A stretch of DNA of 63,606 nt, filler included, from Candidatus Aminicenantales bacterium (lineage in GTDB: Bacteria; Acidobacteriota; Aminicenantia; Aminicenantales; Saccharicenantaceae): the NCBI GenBank assembly GCA_049512315.1. It is 3 parts of 3 records of this genome, joined end to end, with 100 filler letters (N's around TTAATTAATTAA, not from the genome) between each part and the next. Parts side by side here need not be neighbours in the genome. Positions count along the whole stretch, not along the records: positions 47,045 to 63,606 come from JBEKXF010000046.1; 2 more parts are not named here. The stretch is one strand, 5' to 3'. The position numbers and the translations under genes are program-made. Positions 57,687 through 63,606 of the stretch are shown here, in pieces (the stretch's first letter is position 1; each line of letters opens with the position of its first letter). The notes below the pieces were generated by a model. That model was given only the letters and a program-made list of their open reading frames with translations. It was not told where the DNA came from and did no database searches.

Positions 57687-60119
57687 TCAGTGCTCTTCGC
57701 TGGCCTTTTGCGCGGAATAGTAGTCCAGGCACCTGAGGTGGTCGGCGTTCGTGCAGTAGCGGTTGGGAAGGAGCTCGGGAACATCGAAGAAGACCTCGCG
57801 GAACGGATAGAGACACGTCGGAGTCGCCAGAAGGCCCGTCTTCCGGTCGATCTCCACGAAAACGAGATTCGGGGGGACCTCGAAATCCTCGGGCACGGCC
57901 CCGGCGCCGGCGGCGGCCGCCTTTTTTCTGTCCGCGATCACCCGGCCGAAAAAGTCCTGCCAGATCGGCAGGGCGGCGGCGGCTCCCGTCTGCCTTTCGC
58001 CGAGCGAGACCTGCTTGTCGTTCCCGACCCAGACGCCGGCGCAGAGGGTCGGAGAAAAGCCGATGAACCAGGCGTCGGAGTACTTATCCGTCGTGCCGGT
58101 CTTCCCGGCCAGGGGCCAGCTCAGAACGCTGGCCGCGGCGCCCGTCCCTTCACTGACGACGCCCTGCATGAGGTAGGTCATGACGTAGGCCGTCTGGGGC
58201 GAGAGGACCTCATCGGATTCGGGCCTGGTCTCCTCGAGGACGTTGCCATCCTTGTCCTCGATCCGGGAGATGAAGTAGGGCTTGAAGCGGACGCCCTTGT
58301 CGGGGAAAACGGAATAGCCGGAGACGAGCTCGGCCAGGGTGACCTCGAACGCCCCCAGGCTCAGGGCGAGATAAGGATAGAGCGGAGATGTGATCCCGAA
58401 CCTCCGGCAGTAGTCGACCCCGACCTGCGGGGAGATGTAATCGAGGAGCCTGGCCGTGACGACGTTCCGCGATTCCTCGAGGCCGATCCGGAGGGTCACG
58501 GCCCCCTTGTACTGGCGGTCATAATTCCTGGGGGACCAGGGCTCGCCGTTCCAGCGGTCGATGAAGGTCGTGGGTTCATCGACGATCAGGCTCGCCGGGG
58601 TGAAGCCGTTCTCGAGCGCGGCCGTGTAGAGGAACGGCTTGATAGCCGAGCCGGTCTGGCGGGGCGCCTGCATGGCCCGGTTGTACTGGCTCGCCCGGAA
58701 CGAATACCCGCCGACCATGGCCTTGATCTGCCCGGTTTGGGGCTCGATGGCCAGGAAGCCGCCGTTCCGGACCGGGTTCTGGCTCAGGGAGACCTGGGCT
58801 TCCTTTTTCGCCTCATCCACCGATTTGACCTTGACCTGGATGATGTCGCCGCGCTTGATGAGGGTATCCAGAAAACCGGCCCTGGCCCAGGCGATGTCCA
58901 TGTTGGTCATTCTCCCGGAGATCGTCTTGACCCGGACGGCCGCCTCCGTCCGGCCGGCCGAGAGGACGATGGCATCGTAAACTTCGCCGGGTTCAAGGGC
59001 CTGGTTGTCCCAGGTCAAAAGCCACTGGTCCTCGAGCCCGGCCTGCGGCCTGGCGACGAGGCCCTTCTTGACCTCGAGCGTTGACGCGAGAAGGTTCGGC
59101 TTGTCGGCCCGCCAGCCGTTCCTCAGGTTCTCGACGTCCCGGAGCCCTTTCCGCAGGGCCGATTCGGCGTATTTCTGCAGGGTCGGGTCGAGGGTCGTAT
59201 AGACCTTGAGGCCGCCGTTGTAAAGGGCGCCGCTCCCGTAGTTCTTATCGATGTATTTACGGACCTCTTCAAAGAAGTAGGCCGCGAACTCGTCGCTTGT
59301 CTGCCTCAACGGGAGAACATTCAGGGGCGTCTTCTTGGCAGACTCGGCCCGCTCCTTGCTGACGTATCCGGCCTCGGCCATCCTGTTGAGGACGTGGTTG
59401 CGGCGCTCCAAGGTCACCGCGGGATTATCGTAGGGCGAATAGCGGGCCGGCCTCTGGAAGATCCCGGCGATGAGGGCCGCCTCCTCGAGGCTCAGGTCCT
59501 TGACGCTCTTGCCGAAAAAGAGGTTCGAGGCCGACTCGACTCCCCAGGCCCCGTGGCCGAGATAAAAATGGTTACAGTAAAGCTCCAGGATCTTCCGCTT
59601 GGAATAGTGTTTCTCGATCTCGCGGGCCAGGAACATCTCCTTGAGCTTCCGGCGCAGGCTGACGTCCCGGTGAAGGAACAGGTCCCTGGCCAGTTGCTGG
59701 GTGATCGTGCTTGCGCCCTGGGGACGCTTTCCCACGGGGATCTTCATGATGTCGTCCCTGGCGGCCCGGAGGATCCCGAGGAAATCGATGCCGGAGTGGC
59801 TGAAAAATCGCGAGTCTTCGGTCGCGACGATAGCCTTGATCAGGATATCGGGGATCTGGTCATAGCGGACTTCGATGCGCCGCTGCTCGGCGAACTCCCT
59901 GATGGGCTCGCCGGACGCCGCATAGAGGGTCGTGATGATCTTCGGCTGGAAGGTCTCGAGATCGGAAACGGAGGGGAGGTTATCCTTGATGGCGAAGTAG
60001 GCGCCGAAGGCCGCCCCCAGCACAAGGGCGGTTCCCACGAGCGCGAAGAAAAGGATGACCCTGACGAGGTCGCGCCTGTTCAATTTCCGGATCTTGATTT
60101 TCAGGGATGGAATGGCCAT
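57687..60119 (-). CDS. Penicillin-binding protein 1A family
   Basis: EDSRFFSHSG, GASTITQQL, RKLKE, GSAIKP, SRN, KTGT. Confidence 0.95.
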   Translation of the reverse strand: MAIPSLKIKIRKLNRRDLVRVILFFALVGTALVLGAAFGAYFAIKDNLPSVSDLETFQPKIITTLYAASGEPIREFAEQRRIEVRYDQIPDILIKAIVATEDSRFFSHSGIDFLGILRAARDDIMKIPVGKRPQGASTITQQLARDLFLHRDVSLRRKLKEMFLAREIEKHYSKRKILELYCNHFYLGHGAWGVESASNLFFGKSVKDLSLEEAALIAGIFQRPARYSPYDNPAVTLERRNHVLNRMAEAGYVSKERAESAKKTPLNVLPLRQTSDEFAAYFFEEVRKYIDKNYGSGALYNGGLKVYTTLDPTLQKYAESALRKGLRDVENLRNGWRADKPNLLASTLEVKKGLVARPQAGLEDQWLLTWDNQALEPGEVYDAIVLSAGRTEAAVRVKTISGRMTNMDIAWARAGFLDTLIKRGDIIQVKVKSVDEAKKEAQVSLSQNPVRNGGFLAIEPQTGQIKAMVGGYSFRASQYNRAMQAPRQTGSAIKPFLYTAALENGFTPASLIVDEPTTFIDRWNGEPWSPRNYDRQYKGAVTLRIGLEESRNVVTARLLDYISPQVGVDYCRRFGITSPLYPYLALSLGAFEVTLAELVSGYSVFPDKGVRFKPYFISRIEDKDGNVLEETRPESDEVLSPQTAYVMTYLMQGVVSEGTGAAASVLSWPLAGKTGTTDKYSDAWFIGFSPTLCAGVWVGNDKQVSLGERQTGAAAALPIWQDFFGRVIADRKKAAAAGAGAVPEDFEVPPNLVFVEIDRKTGLLATPTCLYPFREVFFDVPELLPNRYCTNADHLRCLDYYSAQKASEEH

Positions 60120-60203
60120 GATCGCTAGAGCTCAATCATATCAAATCGGGTCCCAAAAGACAAAAGTTCGTCCCCCATTTCGGTTGGTACTTGGGTGGTA
60201 TTC

Positions 60204-60345
60204 CGGTGACACACAACTAATTACCGAAATTCGCACGGGCCCCCGGCTGGTGAATTTCGTTTTGTGTCACTGCTATTTGTTGATTACAGGCTTGAATCGA
60301 TCGTTAAGGAGTATTGCTATTTCGGTAATTAGTTGTGTGTCACCG
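60204..60345. repeat. MITE/REPIN-like element with 27 bp perfect terminal inverted repeats
   Basis: CGGTGACACACAACTAATTACCGAAAT (60204-60230) and its exact reverse complement (60319-60345); AT-rich core. Confidence 0.85.
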
Positions 60346-60347
60346 AA

Positions 60348-60953
60348 TTAGCGCGGGAGGAGCTTTTCGATATGCTCCCAGATGGTCCGGCCGACCGCCC
60401 TCCGGCCGCCCCGGCCGTCCAGGTGCAGGATGTTGCGGCCCTCAAGGCCGCGGAAGATCTTCCGGACCCTGGCCAGGTAATCCTCCCGCTCGAAGAGCTC
60501 GTCCCGGGTCTTCCGTCCGGCGATCCGGGCGAGGCCGGCACCGGCATCGACGTCGAGGACGATGACGAGGTCGGGCCTGGCGGCGAACGCCTCGTTCAGC
60601 CGCCTGATCCGCCGCGGGTCGATCCCCTTGGCGCCCTGATAGGCGATCGTCGAGAAATAATACCTGTCCAGGATGACGATTTTCCCCATTTTAAGGGCCG
60701 GCTTCAGGTTCTTCTCGACATTTTCCCGCCTGTCCTTGATGAAGAGATCCAGCTCCTCCTCGGGCGTCAGCGAGCCGTCCCGGGCGGCCTTGCGCTTGAT
60801 CTCCCGACCCCACTTGCCCCTGGTCGGCTCGCGGAAAAAGACCGACTCCCAGCCCCTGGACCTGAGGCGCCTCAACAGGGATCGGGCCTGGGTCGTCTTC
60901 CCGGACCCGTCGATGCCTTCGAGGACGACGAGAATGCCTTTGCGGAGCTTCAT
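60348..60953 (-). CDS. tmk: Thymidylate kinase
   Basis: EGIDGSGKTT, REP, LDRY, AYQG. Confidence 0.95.
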   Translation of the reverse strand: MKLRKGILVVLEGIDGSGKTTQARSLLRRLRSRGWESVFFREPTRGKWGREIKRKAARDGSLTPEEELDLFIKDRRENVEKNLKPALKMGKIVILDRYYFSTIAYQGAKGIDPRRIRRLNEAFAARPDLVIVLDVDAGAGLARIAGRKTRDELFEREDYLARVRKIFRGLEGRNILHLDGRGGRRAVGRTIWEHIEKLLPR

Positions 60954-61091
60954 GGACGTCGAAAAATCATCTTAGCCGCATCCCGGGGGGAATGCAACAG
61001 TTTGCCGGCCCGCCGAGTTCGAACATGGTCGGGAAATTGAAATTCCCTGAGGGATATGGTACTTTAAGTCATTGAGTCCCGGAGGTCAAAC

Positions 61092-62584
<1,493 letters not shown>

Positions 62585-62588
<4 letters not shown>

Positions 62589-63436
62589 GGTTCGCCAAGC
62601 TCCACTCGCTCGGCAACGACTTCCTGGTCGTCTGCCCGAACGAGGAGGTGGACCTTCTCCGGGTCGGGGAGTTCGCCCGCCGGATCTGCGACCGCCACAC
62701 CGGAGTCGGCGCCGACGGGCTCCTCCTCGTCGGCCTGGAGGATGCCGCCCGGAACGAGGCGAGCTTCCGGATCTTCAACGCCGACGGGACCGAGGCGGAG
62801 ATCTCCGGCAACGGGCTCCGCTGCGCAACGGCCTGCCTCGTCCATCACAAGAAGGTCTTGTCCTCCAGGGTCGTTTTCAAGACCACGGCCGGAAGCCGGT
62901 CCTGCGAGGTCATCGGGAGGCGGGGGATGGTCTTTGAGATCAGGACCGTAATGGGGGCACCACGTTTCGGGTCAGCCGACCTCCCGTTCGACGACGGACA
63001 GCCGCACGAACGGCTCATCGACTACCCCATGCCCATCAACCAGAAGATCTTCGAGATCACCTGCGTCTCGATGGGCAACCCCCACTGCGACATTTTCGTC
63101 GACCGCTTCCCGGCCAGAATCGAATGGCATCAGATCGGCCGCGAGATCGAATCCCACCCCTTTTTCCCCAACCGGACCAACGTTGAGTTCGTCCGCGTCC
63201 TCAACCGCGGCGAGATCGAGGTCCTCTTCTGGGAGCGCGGGGTGGGCGAAACGCTCTCTTCGGGAACCGGCTCCTCGGCCGCGGCCGTCGCGGCCATCCT
63301 CAAGGGCCTGACGGACCGCAAAGTCAAGGTTCTGACCAGCCTGGGGTCGCTAACCGTGGAGTGGCAGCCGGACGGAGAGGTCTTCCAGACCGGGCCGTCG
63401 GAAGTCGTCTTCGAGGGCGATTACCCAGCTCAATAA
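62585..63436 (+). CDS. dapF: Diaminopimelate epimerase (Ser/Ser active-site variant)
   Basis: KLHSLGNDF, GVGADG, NADG-EAEISGNG, SMGNPH, NVEF, ERGVGETLSSGTG. Confidence 0.92.
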
Positions 63437-63461
63437 AACCAGGTCGCGAACTCGGAGGATT

Positions 63462-63556
63462 CCCTCCGGCAGGGAGCGGATTCTGAGGAGCGACCAGCAG
63501 AAGTGTGGCGGAGCGGCCCGGAGCCGCACTTCTGGTAAATATCTGAAACGAGTCTT
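63462..63556. repeat. ~95 bp dispersed structured repeat, copy 2
   Basis: Near-identical to 43982-44077. Confidence 0.85.
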
Positions 63557-63606
63557 TGCGTATTGCTCCTGGGACTGTCCCTCTTTTCCATCCGTGCCCG
63601 CGTCGC

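Overview
GC-rich bacterial sequence made of three scaffold pieces joined by N-gaps with artificial TTAATTAATTAA spacers (23578-23677, 46945-47044). Gene content and the large SRP RNA suggest an Acidobacteriota/Aminicenantes-like organism; this is inference only. The backbone is housekeeping: serS, cobO, tkt, dGTPase, yggS, rmuC, trpB2, xerD, lolA, rpsB-tsf-pyrH-frr, smc, PBP1A, tmk, degP, dapF, three tRNAs and SRP RNA. Two mobile elements are present. (1) The right end of a prophage/satellite-like element (1-4000) carries a tyrosine integrase, three excisionase-type HTH genes and two pairs of paralogous small proteins; it appears to truncate a small host HhH gene next to tRNA-Ser. (2) A ~9.5 kb low-GC island at tRNA-Leu(CAG) carries a large serine recombinase, a Type IIG R-M enzyme, a HEPN-like plus Schlafen/AlbA_2 gene pair (candidate defence system) and a SocA/Panacea-like protein. 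Other highlights: a leaderless Trp-rich leader peptide upstream of trpB2, a DapF with both catalytic Cys replaced by Ser, two sigma54 promoters, recurrent leaderless gene starts, a frameshifted tonB and several dispersed structured repeats.
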